Assembly (NCBI GenBank): GCA_951406725.2
Contig: OX597828.1
Span: 44,826,001 to 44,890,000 of the forward strand
From: Octopus vulgaris
Taxonomy: Eukaryota
Length of the DNA stretch: 64,000 nucleotides
Direction: 5' to 3'
The position numbers and the translations under genes were made by a program. Below are positions 12,913 to 26,538 of the stretch, piece after piece (position 1 is the stretch's first letter; the number at the start of each line of letters is the position of its first letter). Under the pieces are notes generated by a model. That model saw only the letters and a list, made by a program, of their open reading frames with translations. It was not told the DNA's origin and did no database searches.

Positions 12913-13364
12913 TGAATCAGTCAGTGCAACAATAATAAATTTGCACTTAGTTTTCATTTCCTTCTTTCGTTTCTTTCTTTTCGTTATTTCTTTTATTGCT
13001 TTCCTTCGTTTTTAAGGAATTACAGCCCCAAAGCATGACAACCCATAAATAAGGTGGTACGATGCCAGAGAACGAATTTCCATTACCACAACTTTAATTC
13101 CTGAGTGAACCAATTTCTTTTGTTCTAGTTTTGGTATTTGTGATATCCGATGAATGTCATTAGCCTTGTGATGGACAGACGGACACTGCACGGCTGATTG
13201 CCTCTAAATACATGACACCAGCATAAAAGGATTTGGCGATGGCTGATCTAACAACTTATTAATGGGAAATATCTACACTTATATACATACACTACACACA
13301 CACACACACACATACGCACACACAGTCAAACACATACACACACACTCACATACACACACACATT

Positions 13365-13587
13365 CTTTTATTCTTTTATCCTTTTATTTGTTTCAGCCTT
13401 TTGAATGCAGCCATGCTGGAGCCCATCCTTTAGTTGAACGAATCGACCCCAGGACTTATTCTTTGTAAGCCTAGTACTAATTCTATCGGTCTCTTTTGCT
13501 GAACCGCTAAGTTACAGGGGGACATAAACACACCAGCATTGATTGTCATGCAATGGTGGGGGTCAAACGCAGATAAGCATACACATA

Positions 13588-13662
<75 letters not shown>

Positions 13663-13803
13663 GACTGGTCTTCTTTCAGTTTCCGTCAACCAAATCCACT
13701 CACAAGGTTTTGGTTTGCCCGAGGCTATAGTAGAAGACACTTGCACAAAGTGTCACGCAGTGGGACTGAACCTGGAGCCATGTGGTTGGTAAGCAAGCTA
13801 CTT
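13365..13803 (-). mobile_element. SINE-A with expanded internal (CA)n
   Basis: Consensus match on both sides of the microsatellite. Confidence 0.8.
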
Positions 13804-13864
13804 ATCAAAGAGCTACACAGAAATATACTCAGTTGCTTGTTTCATGTCAGTTTTTGCCAAGCTA

Positions 13865-14180
13865 GCATGGCTTAGTGGTTAGAGTATCCGCCTTGCAATC
13901 ATACGGTCATGAGTTCATTTCCCAGTGGTGCACTGTGATCTTGAGCAAGACAATTTATTTTTCACATGGCTCCAGTCTACTCAGCTGGCAAAAATGGCAT
14001 TTCAAAGGGTCAAGCCTTGTCACATTCGAGCTCATACGGAATCTCCCAGAGAATTATGTTAAAGGTATATGTGTGTCTCTGTGGGGTACTCAGTCACTTG
14101 CGCATTTATTCTGCAAGCCGGTTGTTCCACTGATCAGTTCAACAGCTCCACCATCATTTCATCACAACTGAGTGAGTGCC
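13865..14180 (+). mobile_element. Old chimeric SINE: SINE-D-like tRNA/CORE-like head with SINE-C tail
   Basis: tggcttagtggttagag...cttgagcaagaca.tttat..ttcac..gctccagt.tactcagctg (as SINE-D), then atttcaaagggtcaagccttgtcac...gagaattatgttaaaggta...tctgtggggtactcagtcactt (as SINE-C). Confidence 0.65.
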
Positions 14181-15024
14181 AGTTAGATGGCTTAGATCAA
14201 TATGCATTCTTGGAGCATTCCTATACATTTTACAATTGGATACCTTTCCTGTCACTAACCTTTACCTGTTTTTCAAATACGGCATCTCCATCTCATACTT
14301 CACTCATCTTCAAAGGTGCACTGTGTTTGGACAGTTGCTTGGCAGGAAAAATGATAACAGCCCCATCACTCATCACTGCTCGTAGGATGCAACATTCGTA
14401 CAGTAAAAAAGGTAAATCAGTCAGGAACAGCTTGTGATCCATGTGACACCTTGAATGGCACACCTTATGAAAAATTACCTTCAAGTTTTTTTTATTGGTG
14501 TGACCTGCTTGATGATAAGCCTTGTCTCATTGGCGCACTTCTTCATAAAGTTAGCCTGGGCCTGATGTGAACAAACACATGGACAATAACACACACACAC
14601 ACACACACACCCACTCACACACTATATATATATGAATATATACATATTGGGATTCGTTCAGTTTCCATTTGTCAAATTCGTTCATAGATCCTCATTTGGT
14701 CCAGGGCTGTAGTAAAAGACATGTACTCAAGGTTCCATGCAGTAGGACTGAACCTGAAACCATGTGGTTTGGAAGTGAACTCCTTAAGAACAATGTCATA
14801 CCTACCACCTTTGTCTGTCTGTCTGTATATACACCCATCACTCTCTCCCTCTCTCTTTCTCCTCACTCTATATATTCCATCTTTGTATTTGGTGGAATAG
14901 TTAGTTGGTTAGATGTTTAAGCAATTCACTAAAAATAAAGAAGTGAAATTGAACCTATGTACGTGTTGTTATTGGCATAATGACCGTCCCAAGACATAAC
15001 AAAATATATCTGTCTATCCATCAT

Positions 15025-15065
<41 letters not shown>

Positions 15066-15214
15066 TTATCTATCTATCTATCTATATATCTATCTATTTA
15101 ACTCACTTTCTTTCTCTTTATATATGTATATATGTATGTGTGTGTGTATCTGTATGTATGTGTATATATGTGTATATAAATATGTATATAAGTATGTATA
15201 TATATATATAGACA

Positions 15215-15262
<48 letters not shown>

Positions 15263-16007
15263 CATGCATATATGTGTATATAGATTTTTACATTCACACA
15301 CATACACATATATAAATATATATATATATATATACGCACACACACACACACACATACACACACATATACACATATATATGTGTGTGTATGCGTATATGCA
15401 TTCATTTATATGTGTACGAATACATAGATTGATAAATGATGAACAAACAAAAGAAAACCCAAAGTAATTTGGAATTGGTTCAAGATAATGTTTATTAATT
15501 TGATGCTTACACACACGTGTGTGTGTCTGCGTATGTGTGTATGTGTGTATGCATGTGTATTTGTGTACGTGTGTGTATATGTGTGTACGCATGTCTATGT
15601 ATGTACGTCTGTGTGGGTGAATGTGTGTATGCATGTGTATGTATGTATGTGTGTGTTAAAATTCCGCTTCTTTGGTAATGGAAAAATATAAATGTCTCTT
15701 GTTTTGCTGTTCCTCTAAGTCTTTAAAGGTTTAAAACTCACATATACACACACACACATACACACCCACATACACACACACACACACACACAAGCCTACA
15801 CACCTACATCTACACAGACATGCATATATTCTTGTAGTAGTTTCAGTCGCTTGAATGTGACCATACTGGAGCACTAAGTGATGGGAACATAAACTCATCA
15901 GCACTGGTTGTCAAGCGATGGGGGTGGGGAGGGGAGAAACACACACACACAAACGTATATATATATATATATATATATACATATATATACATATATATAT
16001 ATACGAA

Positions 16008-16339
16008 GGCGCATGGCTCAGTGGTTAGAGCGTCGAGCTTACGATCGTGAGGTTGTGAGCTCGAATCCCGGACCGGGCTGCGTGTTATGTTCTTGAGCAA
16101 GGCACTTTATTTCACGTTGCTCCAGTTCACTCAACTGTAAAAATGAGTTGCGACGTCACAGGTGCCAAGCTGTATCGGCCTTTGTCTTTCCCTTGGATAA
16201 CACTGGTGGCGTGGAGAGGGAGGCTGGTATGCATGGGCGACTGCTGGTCTTCCATAAACAACCTTGCCCGGACTTGTATCTAGGAGGGTAACTTTCTAGG
16301 TGCAATCCCATGGTCATTCATGACCGAAGGGGGTCTTTA
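16008..16339 (+). mobile_element. SINE-D: tRNA-derived head with CORE-like central domain
   Basis: GGCGCATGGCTCAGTGGTTAGAGCG (A box), GAGCTCGAATCCC (B box), then ttcttgagcaaggcactttatttcacgttgctccagttcactcaactgtaaaaatgag. Confidence 0.8.
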
Positions 16340-18071
16340 CACTACCGTCAGAAATTAATTAGCACCCTTGATTTGCTCTTCACTCAAGGTATGTGCTGTC
16401 ACCTAGTGGCCATATCTCGAACTATTGCTTTGTTGCGAGTTCACTGTTGCGCAGAACGATGACGTAACTTTGTTTGCAGAGCGGTTTGAGAGTCTACAGC
16501 CTAATGATGTTGACATAGCAGTGCAACAACAACTTGGAGTGCGGATGCAGACAAATCTTCCTTTGTTTAATAGATATAGGTAGCGCCTCGCAAGGACCGA
16601 AATCACACCGTACTAAGTTTTCTCATCGCGTAAGACATTTTGAACAGCTCGTAGGTTAATTGATTTGTGTATTTGCAAGATTTTTTTCCTCACAAATTCT
16701 CCTACACTCTGCTTTGTGACGTGACTTCTGGTTCACAAAACTTTCTGTTATACATCAAATAAGGTGCGAAATTCTGCTTTCTTTCTTTTTTGTTTAATGA
16801 ATAATAACTCATAGCAGTTTTGTTATAGCATAACATTATTCAAATGAATAGTTTTAATGAAAATAACTGGTTTTTATCGTTCATTCCTAGATGGGCCCAA
16901 GACCTTGCATGACCTTGGAGAGATGGTATGAGGCTCTCTCGTGGCGTGGGAAGCTGTCGGAGGCTGCAATAGCCAGAAAACTTGGTGTAGCCAGGCGCAC
17001 AATTCAGTGCTTATTTAAGAAATACGAGGAAACCGGATCAGCAGCTGACAAAAAGGGTAGGGGACAGAAGAGGCTGACGACCCAGCAGGAGGACCGGATG
17101 CTGATCCAAAAGTCACTGAACAGCCGAAGGGCAACGAGCCGGCAACTGGCGGAGGAGATGCAAAAGGTGACAGGGAAGCAGTTGTCTACAACCACCGTCA
17201 AGACCAGATTACTGGAAGCTGGTCTAAAATCCTGTAGGGCCGCCCGTAAGCCACTCCTTACAGCCCAAAACCGGAAGAGGTAGCTGCTCTGGGCCCGTGC
17301 CCACAAGATATGGACCGTGCAGCAGTGGTGGACAGTGATGTTCACTGACGAGTCACGATTCTGTCTTGTCAGCGACAAGCCTGTCCATATGCGACGCCGC
17401 AGGGGTGAGCGCTTCAATAAAGACTGCATTGCTCCCACCATGAAGCATGGTGGGGGTGGTCTGATGGTGTGGGGGGCATTCAGCTACAGTGGTGTTGGGC
17501 GGCTCTATGCCGTTGAAGGCAACATCAACGCCACAAAGTACGTTGAGATAGTACGGAATGCTGCCCTACCCTCTGTGGGATACCTCTTTGGTGGCGAGGA
17601 GTACGTGTTCCAGCAGGACAACGCGCCTCCCCACACAGCCAAGCTCACAACCAGTTTCTTCAAGGACCATGGGGTGACGGTCATGGACTGGCTTGGCCAG
17701 TCACCTGACCTGAACCCTATTGAGAACCTCTGGAGTCGATTGGGTAGGGATTTGAATGTGCAGCAATACAGGAACTGACATGAGCTGTTTGGGGCACTTC
17801 TTGCTGCATGGAGGGCCATCTCTGCACAGTATCTGCAGGCACTCATAGACAGCATGCCGGCCCGCGTAGCAGCTGCCATTGCTGCCAAAGGAGGAGCAAC
17901 AAGATATTGACTAAATTTCACGATTAATAACAATTATGTGGTATGCTGAGATATGTTTTAATAAATTTTTGATTAAAAACGAGTTCGTTTCTGATAATAA
18001 GTTAATTAAATTAAGAAAATGTAAGAAAATGTAGAAATTTGAGAAGTGCTAATTAACTTCTGACGCAAGTG
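16340..18071 (+). mobile_element. Full-length Tc1-family DNA transposon (1732 bp)
   Basis: TA|cactaccgtcagaaattaattagcac ... gtgctaattaacttctgacgcaagtg|TA (26-bp TIRs, 23/26 identical), TA TSD, internal transposase. Confidence 0.95.
16891..17910 (+). pseudogene. Tc1 DD34E transposase, 339 codons, two in-frame stops (TAG 17281-17283, TGA 17776-17778)
   Basis: HTH (IARKLGVARRTI), GRGQK linker, MFTDESRF, FQQDNAPPH-...-SPDLNPIENLW with 34 residues between D and E, C-terminal SMPARVAAAIAAKGGATRY*; no frameshifts; AATAAA near 17960. Confidence 0.93.
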
Positions 18072-18082
18072 TATATATATAC

Positions 18083-18227
<145 letters not shown>

Positions 18228-18228
18228 T

Positions 18229-18613
18229 GGAGGCGCAATGGCCCAGTGGTTAGGGCAGCGGACTCGCGGTCATAGGATCGCGCTTTCGATTCCCAGACCG
18301 GGCGTTGTGAGTGTTTATTGAGCGAAAACACCTAAAGCTCCACGAGGCTCCGGCAGGGGATGGTGGTGATCCCTGCTGTACTCTTTCACCACAACTTTCT
18401 CTCACTCTTACTTCCTGTTTCTGTTGTACCTGTATTTCAAAGGGCCGGCCTTGTCACTCTCTGTGTCACGCTGAATATCCCCGAGAACTACGTTAAGGGT
18501 ACACGTGTCTGTGGAGTGCTCAGCCACTTACACGTTAATTTCACGAGCAGGCTGTTCCGTTGATTCGGATCAACCGGAACCCTCATCGTCGTAACCGACG
18601 GAGTGCTTCCATC

Positions 18614-18614
<1 letters not shown>
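18229..18614 (+). mobile_element. SINE-C (tRNA-derived), full length, inserted in (TA)n
   Basis: GGAGGCGCAATGGCCCAGTGGTTAGGGC (A box), TTTCGATTCCC (B box), tail ...gtaaccgacggagtgcttccatcc; near-identical to copies at 20600 and 26053. Confidence 0.88.
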
Positions 18615-18654
<40 letters not shown>

Positions 18655-18655
<1 letters not shown>

Positions 18656-19035
18656 TTTTCCTTTTACTTGTTTCAGTCATTTGACTGTGGCCTTGCTGGA
18701 GCACCACCAATAGTCGAACAAGTCAACCCCAGTACATATTCTTTGTAAGCCTAGTACTTATTCTATTGGTCCCTTTTGCCGAACCGCTAAGTTAAGGGAC
18801 ATAAACACGCCAGCATCGGTTGTCAAGCAATGTTGGGGAGACAAACAGACACACACACATATATATGTATATGCACATATGACGGGCTTCTTTCATTTTC
18901 CGTCTACCAAATCCACTCACAAGGCTTTGGTCAGCCCAAGGCTATAGTAGAAGACACTTGCCCAAGGTGTCATGCAGTGGGACTGAACCCAGAATCATGC
19001 AATTAGGAAGCAAGCTTCTTACCACACAGCAACTC
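18655..19035 (-). mobile_element. SINE-A
   Basis: Consensus match. Confidence 0.8.
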
Positions 19036-19084
19036 TTACGCACTCATTCTCACACACAGTCAAGCATGCACTGTATCATATGAC

Positions 19085-19667
19085 CACACACATACACACT
19101 TACACACAGAGAGGCACAAACACACACACACACAAACGCACACACATATACACATGAAGAAACACACACACACACACATTCATAAACACAAGCACAGATT
19201 CACAAATGTACACATAAACACACTCACACAATAACACACACGCACACACACCAACCACACACACACATAATCACATTTACACATAAACACAATCACTTAT
19301 TTGCACAGAAATACACAGACACTCACACACACACACACACACACATACACACACAAAACACACACAAACACAGACATACACACACACACACCAAACACAC
19401 ACAAACACACACACACACACACCAAGCACACACGCACCAAACACACACAAACACACACACACACACCAAACACACACGCACCAAACACACACATATATAT
19501 ACATGAAGAAACATGCACACACATTCATACACACAAGCATAGACTCACAAATGTATGCATAAACGCACTCACACAAAGACATACATGCACACACGCACAC
19601 AAACACATACGCATAATCACACTCATACATAAACACAATGACGTATTTGCACAGAAACACACAAATA

Positions 19668-19718
<51 letters not shown>

Positions 19719-20157
19719 CACACACAAAATACACAAACACAGACACACACACACACACACACACACACGCAACACACACACACACACGTTCACACACATA
19801 GACACACACACATAGACACACACACACACACACAAAACACACACAAAATACACAAATGCAGCCACACACACTCAAATACACACACACGTTCACACACACA
19901 CACACGCAAACACAGACACACACGTTCACACACACACACACGCAAACACAGACACACACGTTCACACACAAAATTCACAAACGCAGACACACACACTCAA
20001 ACACAAACACACGTTCACACACACACACACACACATGCAAACACAGACACACACGTTCACACACATAGACACACACATAGACACACACACACACACACAA
20101 AACACACACAAAATACACAAACGCAGACACACACACTCAAACACACACACACGTTCA

Positions 20158-20200
<43 letters not shown>

Positions 20201-20245
20201 GCACAAGCATATAAACACACCCACACAAATACACACATGCGCAAA
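19085..20245. repeat. Complex CA-rich low-complexity tract with internal duplications
   Basis: (CA)n interrupted by recurring acgttcac and gcaaacacagac blocks. Confidence 0.85.
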
Positions 20246-20599
20246 CGCAGAGGAAATGAATAAAAAAAAAAAAAACAGAACCACAAATACAAGGAATCAC
20301 AAAGAAAAGGAAGAAGATAAAGAAATTTTAAAAAAAAGACTCCGTTGTACATATTTTCGTTGATGGCATAAAATCGTGGCTGAAACGAAGGATGGGAACG
20401 ATTCTATTGAGAATGGTTAGTGAAGGAAATATTCCAGTGTTAGAAACTTTCCGAAACAAACACTAAAAACAAAGAACGCAAATAGAAATCTTTGGAATGT
20501 TTTGTTTCTTTTTTGGTGTGCGTCAGTAGTTAAAAGAAGGGTGTGCAAAGGAGAGGAAATTTGCTGTGCTTGTGTGTGTGAGTGTGGGGGGTATTTGTG

Positions 20600-20997
20600 T
20601 GGAGGCGCAATGGCCCAGTGGTTAGGGCAGCAGACTCGCGGTTGAAGGATCGCGGTTTCGATTCCCAGACCGGGCGTTGTGAGTGTTTATTCAGCGAAAA
20701 CACCTAAAAAGCTCCACGAGGCTCCGGCAAGGGGTGGTGGTGATCCCTGCTGTACTCTTTCACCACAACTTTCTCTCACTCTTACTTCCTGTTTCTGTTC
20801 TACCTGTATTTCAAAGGGCCGGCCTTGTCACTCTCTGTGTCACGCTGAATATCCCCGAGAACTCACTTAAGGGTACACGTGTCTGTGGAGTGCTCAGCCA
20901 CTTACACGTTAATTTCACGAGCAGGCTGTTCCGTTGATTCGGATCAACCGGAACCCTCGTCGTCGTAACCGACGGAGTGCTTCCAGTCCAGTCCAGT
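20600..20997 (+). mobile_element. SINE-C with 12-bp TSD
   Basis: TSD ggggtatttgtg at 20588-20599 and 20998-21009; (ccagt)n tail. Confidence 0.9.
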
Positions 20998-21079
20998 GGG
21001 GTATTTGTGGGTGTGGATGAACATGTGAATGTGTGTGTGTTGATGGATGCATGTTTGTGTATATGTGTGCATATGGTGC

Positions 21080-21246
21080 AGCAGTGGTTGTGCTGCGGTA
21101 AGTAGCTTGCTTACCAGCCACATGGCTCCGGGTTCAGTCCCACTGCGTGGCACCTTGGACTTTTTCACTTCTCGAGTGTTATACTAATACATCTGTTTGT
21201 TGTCTACACCACCTGTCTTCGTCTTTTGTTTTTTTGTGAATTCTCC

Positions 21247-21283
<37 letters not shown>

Positions 21284-21520
21284 ATGTATGTGTGTATGTA
21301 TATCTATGTGTGTGTGTCATTGTGTCTGTGTTTGTCCTCACCTCACCTCACTGTTTCACAACTAGTGTTGGTGTGTTTACATCCCTGTAACTTAGCAGTT
21401 CAGCAAAAGAAACCAATAGAATAAATACCAGGCTTAAAGAATAAGCGCAGGGGTCAATTCATTTGACTAAAAATTCGAGGTGATGCCCCAGCATAGCCGC
21501 AGTTTAATGACTAAAACAAG
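21080..21520 (+). mobile_element. SINE-A interrupted at ~21159-21250 by a fragment of the 9371-9585 HHR-element family
   Basis: Head to gcaccttgg; then tactaatacatctgtttgtt...ccacctgtcttcgtcttttgtt (reverse complement of ~9375-9445); then SINE-A 3' half. Confidence 0.65.
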
Positions 21521-21845
21521 CCAGTCGGGGTGGCACTGGCAATGGCCGAACATGGCCGTTGCCAGCGCCGCCCCTACAGGCTTCCGTGCCAGTGGCACAT
21601 AAAAAGCACCATCCGATCGTGGCCGTTGCCAGCCTCGTCTGGCACCTGTGCAGGTGGCACGTAAAAAGCACCCGCTACACTCATGGAGTGGTTGGCGTTA
21701 GGAAGGGCATCCGGCCGTAGAAACATTGCCAGATCAGACTGGGCCTGGTGCAGCCTTCTGGCTTCCCAGACCCCAGTTGTACCGTCCAACCCATGCCAGC
21801 AAGGAAAGCGGATGCTAAACGATGATGATCATGATGATGATGATA
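21520..21845 (+). mobile_element. Family E copy
   Basis: gtggcacgtaaaaagcacc units, ggttggcgttaggaagggcatcc, (gat)n tail. Confidence 0.75.
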
Positions 21846-21884
21846 ATGAAACAATAAATAAAAAAATATGTACATAGTTATGTA

Positions 21885-22538
21885 CCTCCACCACCACCAC
21901 CAGCACCACCAGCACCACTACTACCAACACCACTACCACTACCGGCACCACCATTGCTGCTACTACTGCCACTGCCACCAGCACCACCACCACTACAACC
22001 ACCACTACTACCACCACAACCAGCACCACCACTACTGCCACCACCACCACCACCACCACCACCACTACTACAAACACCACTAACACCACTACTACCACCA
22101 CCACCACTACCACCACCATTACTACCACCACCACCACTACCACCACCATTACTACCACCACCACCACTACCACCACCATTACTACCACCACCACCACTAC
22201 CACCACCATTACTACCACCACCACCACTACCACCACCATTACTACCACCACCACCACCACTACCACCACCATTACTACCACCACCACCACTACCACCACC
22301 ATTACTACCACCACCACCACTACCACCACCATTACTGCCACCACCACCACTACCACCACCACTACTGCCACCACCACCACCACCACCACCACCACCACCA
22401 CTACTACAAACACCACTACCATTTTCATACACATGTGTCTGTATGTCAGTTCTTACTCTCTCACACAAGCACATACATATGCATATAGCCTTGCTTATAG
22501 ATACACATGCGCATATCAATCCATGCAGTTACACACCT

Positions 22539-22575
<37 letters not shown>

Positions 22576-23430
22576 GTTACATCTTCAGGGTATTGTATAC
22601 ACACAAGATTCAACTGCCAACAACTGCCGGCACCACTCCATCGTCACCACTCCACCATCACTACTGTCCACTACCACCACCTCTACCATCACCGTCACCC
22701 GTCACCCACAAGCGTCACCTATACACACCTTCTTCTGCATTCATCGCTCGTCACCATCCACATCTATTGCCACCGCCCACACCTCGCCCGCCGTTATCCA
22801 CACCCACACCTACCAATACAACCACCTCCGCCCACACCCACGCCCAACAGCACTAACGCCCACTACCATACACACCTACCATTACCACCACCACCGCCCA
22901 CACCCACGCCCAACAGCACTAACGCCCACTACCATACATACCTACCATTACCACCACCTCCGCCACCACCACCACCACCACCACCAGCATCCTCACCACC
23001 TGCACCACCAGCACCAGCACCAGCACCACCACCACCACCACCACTACTACAAACACCACTATCACTACCAGCACCACCATTGCTGTTACCACTGCCACTG
23101 CGACCACCACCACTACTACCAACACTACTACCACCACTACCAGCACCACTACTACCACCACAACCAGCACCACCACTACTGCCACCACCACTACTGCCAC
23201 CACCACCACCACCACCACTACCAATACCAGCACCACCACTGCTACCACTGCCGCCGCCACCACCACCACCACCACCACCACTACCACCACTACCAGCACC
23301 ACCCCTACTGCCACCACCACCACCGCTGCCGCCGCCACCTCCACCTGCAACATCTTCACCACCTGCATCACCAGCACTACCGCTACCCGCATCCCACACT
23401 GCTGCCACCCTCACCACCACCACCACCTAC
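21885..23430. repeat. (CCA/CTA)n low-complexity region with 30-bp and 66-bp higher-order repeats
   Basis: ccaccaccactaccaccaccattactacca period 30 at ~22090-22380; 66-bp unit at 22829 and 22895. Confidence 0.85.
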
Positions 23431-24635
23431 ACCCTCCATGGTTTTATATCTTCTAACTTTCCTTCAGGTCAAATCCATCCTGATTATTGTTATCATGGAA
23501 CTGCCTCATTCATAGCTCGCCATGACAATGATGACAACAATGATGACGATGACACTGCCAATGATGATAATGATGATGACGATGATGACAACAATTGTGC
23601 TAGTGGTGATGGCGGTGGTTATGATCATGATGACGACGATGGTGATGATGATGACGATGGTGATGGTGATGATGGTACACCCTTCATACCCTGAACCCTA
23701 TAGTGTAGCGTAATTATAATACATAATCATCTATTAATTAATGATCTTATAATTGATTAATTACCATGCTGGCTTATTAAGTAGGTGATTGCCATTGTAT
23801 GGGTGATAGTGTTGGTGTCGGTAGCGGTGGTGATGGTGATGTTTTTTGTTGTTGGTGTTGTTGCTGTTGTTGTTGGTGGTGGTGGTGGTGATGGTTGTAT
23901 CGATGGTGGCGATGTTGGTGATGTTAGTGGTGCTAATAGTTTTGATGGTGGTGTTGGTGGTATTGGAGGAGGTGTTTCTGACAGTGGTAGTGGTGGTGGT
24001 TGCATTGAGGTAGTATCGGTGAAATTGATTCTGCTTCTAGTGGTGGGTTTTTTCGGAGAAGTTAACTGCTATTTCAATCAGATCACATGGCCTACAGAAC
24101 CCCCTACCCACACACAGAACACTCCCACTTTCTTGAAGAATTTCTTAAGAGTAGAGAGAAACAAGCACGTGCGGGCGTGGCTATGTGGTAAGAAGTTTGT
24201 TTCCCAGTTACATGGTTCCAGGTTCAGTCCCACTGAGAGGCACTTTGGGTATCAGTCTTCTACTATAGCCTCAGGCTGGCCAAAGCCTTGTACGTGAATT
24301 TTGGTAGACAGAAACTGAAAGAAACCCATTGTACCATCATTACCATCATCATCGTCATCATTTACTGTCTGTTTCCCATGCTGGCATGGGTTAGACTGTT
24401 TGACAGGGGCTGACTGGCCAGAAGACTGCACCAGGCTTCCTTCTCTGTTTTGGCAGGGGTTTTATGACTAGATGCCCTTCCTAACACAAACCACCTCACA
24501 GAATGCCTTTTTTATGTGGCCCCAGCACTGTCGAAGCTGGTTTTTAACTTGGATTTTACAACTGGATGCCCTTCCAAGCATCAGCTACTTTATAGGGAGG
24601 ACTAGATGCACCATATACATACATACACACACACA

Positions 24636-24701
<66 letters not shown>

Positions 24702-24829
24702 CGACAAGAAATAATTTTTGCCTCTTTTTATGGAAAGCACTTGTAGCAGGTGCTTTTTATGTGCCACCAGCACAAGGGCCAGTCAAGTGGCCCTGACAAC
24801 GATCATGCTTGAATGGTGCTTTTTACATA

Positions 24830-25248
24830 CAGGCACAAGGCCAGCAATTTTGGGGGAGGGGTAAGTTGGTTATACCAACCCCAGTGCTCATCTAGTACTT
24901 ATTCTATTAACCCCGAAAGGATGAAGGGCAAAGTTGACCTTAGCGGGATTTGAACACTGAACGTAAAGACAGACGGCTAAGCATTTTGCTCAGTGTTCTC
25001 ACGATTTTACCAACTCACCAATAATAATTATAACCATTTCAAATTTTGGTACACAGCCAACACTTTTGGGTGACAGGGATAAGTCGATTAGATCAACCCC
25101 AGTGCTCAACTGGTACTTACTTTATCGACCCCCAAAAAGATGAAAGGCAAAGTCAACCTTGGTGGAATTTGAACTCAAAATGTGAAGATAGATGAAAAGC
25201 TGCTAAGCATTTCACCTGGCATGTTAACAGTTCTGCTATCTCACCACC

Positions 25249-25298
<50 letters not shown>

Positions 25299-25410
25299 CC
25301 TTTCTACTATAGGCACAAGACTTGAAATTTGGGGAAAGGGGATAATCGATTACATTGACCCCAGTGTTTCACTAGAACCTAATTTATTGACCCTGAAAGG
25401 ATGGAACTCA
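24830..25410 (-). mobile_element. Cluster of three decayed SINE-B-family copies
   Basis: ccccagtgctca.ctggtactta.tttatcgacccc.aaaggatgaaaggcaaagtc.acct...ggaatttgaactc repeated. Confidence 0.7.
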
Positions 25411-26052
25411 GATCACAGTGATGGGCATGTTATTCTGTTCTGATGGGCATGTTATTCTGCCAGCTCACGGTCTTAATAATATGAAGAATAAGATTAAGAA
25501 TAAGAATAAAAATTTTACTATAATGAGTGTTATGTCCGTCTGTCTGTCTGTTCGTCTGTTCCCTTTTCACGGTCAAACAGCTGGACCAATGGTCCCAATG
25601 TTTTTGAAGGATTATGAAGGAGGTAATCAGGAAGGTTTGAAGCGAAAAAAAAATGTGAAAAAGTATAATTATGTAGTGGATATTGAGTTTTGCATTAATA
25701 AATCGACTTAGATTTTTTAAAATTAAAATTCCAGTGATGAGGATTAACTCTTGATTCCTTCCCCCACCCTACCCCAAGTATAGTTCATGAATTTAGGGGG
25801 TTTAGTTTTGCTATACCATCCCTTTATTTCTCATCGTAGATGGACAGATTCCTAAAGATTCCGCTCACGCATTCGCAGCACACAAGGCACAGGGCCAGAT
25901 TTTAGACTGTGTAGGTGCATTTTTACCCAGTCCAATGCTAACACATGGCCAGTTATACATTGCTACGAGTAGAGCAACAGACTCCAGTAATTTGGAAATT
26001 AGTGTCAACCAAACAGAAAATATCGTCTACAAGAAGGTTTTGTAATTATATT

Positions 26053-26442
26053 GGATGGAAGCACTCCGTCGGTTACGACGACGAGGGTTCCGGTTGATCC
26101 GAATCAACGGAACAGCCTGCTCGTGAAATTAATGTGTAAGTGGCTGAGCACTCCACAGACACGTGTACCCTTAACGTAGTTCTCGGGGATATTCAGCGTG
26201 ACACAGAGAGTGACAAGGCCGGCCCTTTGAAATACAGGTACAACAGAAACAGGAAGTAAGAGTGAGAGAAAGTTGTGGTGAAAGAGTACAGCAGGGATCA
26301 CCACCATCCCCTGCCAGAGCCTCGTGGAGCTTTTAGGTGTTTTCGCTCAATAAACACTCACAACACCCGGTCTGGGAATCGAAACTGCGATCCTATGACC
26401 GCGAGTCCACTGCCCTAACCACTGGGCCATTGCGCCTCCACC
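26053..26442 (-). mobile_element. SINE-C with 12-bp TSD
   Basis: TSD tgtaattatatt at 26041-26052 and 26443-26454. Confidence 0.9.
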
Positions 26443-26538
26443 TGTAATTATATTATTACCAAAAGGAATATGATTCAGAATTTAAATAAGGAAATTTGTG
26501 AACTTTGAATCACAGGAGTGGCTGTGTGGTAAGTAGCT

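Noticed and set aside
12950-13260. Unique sequence with plus-strand polypyrimidine acceptor-like sites
   Set aside because: No open frame or donor pairing; may be conserved non-coding but not testable here
16008-16080. tRNA genes at SINE heads (also 18229, 20600, 63546)
   Set aside because: A/B boxes are present but there is no complete cloverleaf or terminator, and each continues into a multi-copy SINE body
17345-17351. CTGACGA hammerhead-like core (also CTGAAGA at ~32424, ~40915, ~44936)
   Set aside because: No stem II/GAAA/UH context; the first is simply the TDE codons of the transposase
21829-23694. Long Pro-, His-, Gly- or Val-rich ORFs (up to 395 aa) resembling extensin or glycine-rich proteins
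   Set aside because: (CCA)n-type repeats are stop-free in several frames on both strands; they are interrupted by a (CA)n tract and show no supporting splice or domain evidence
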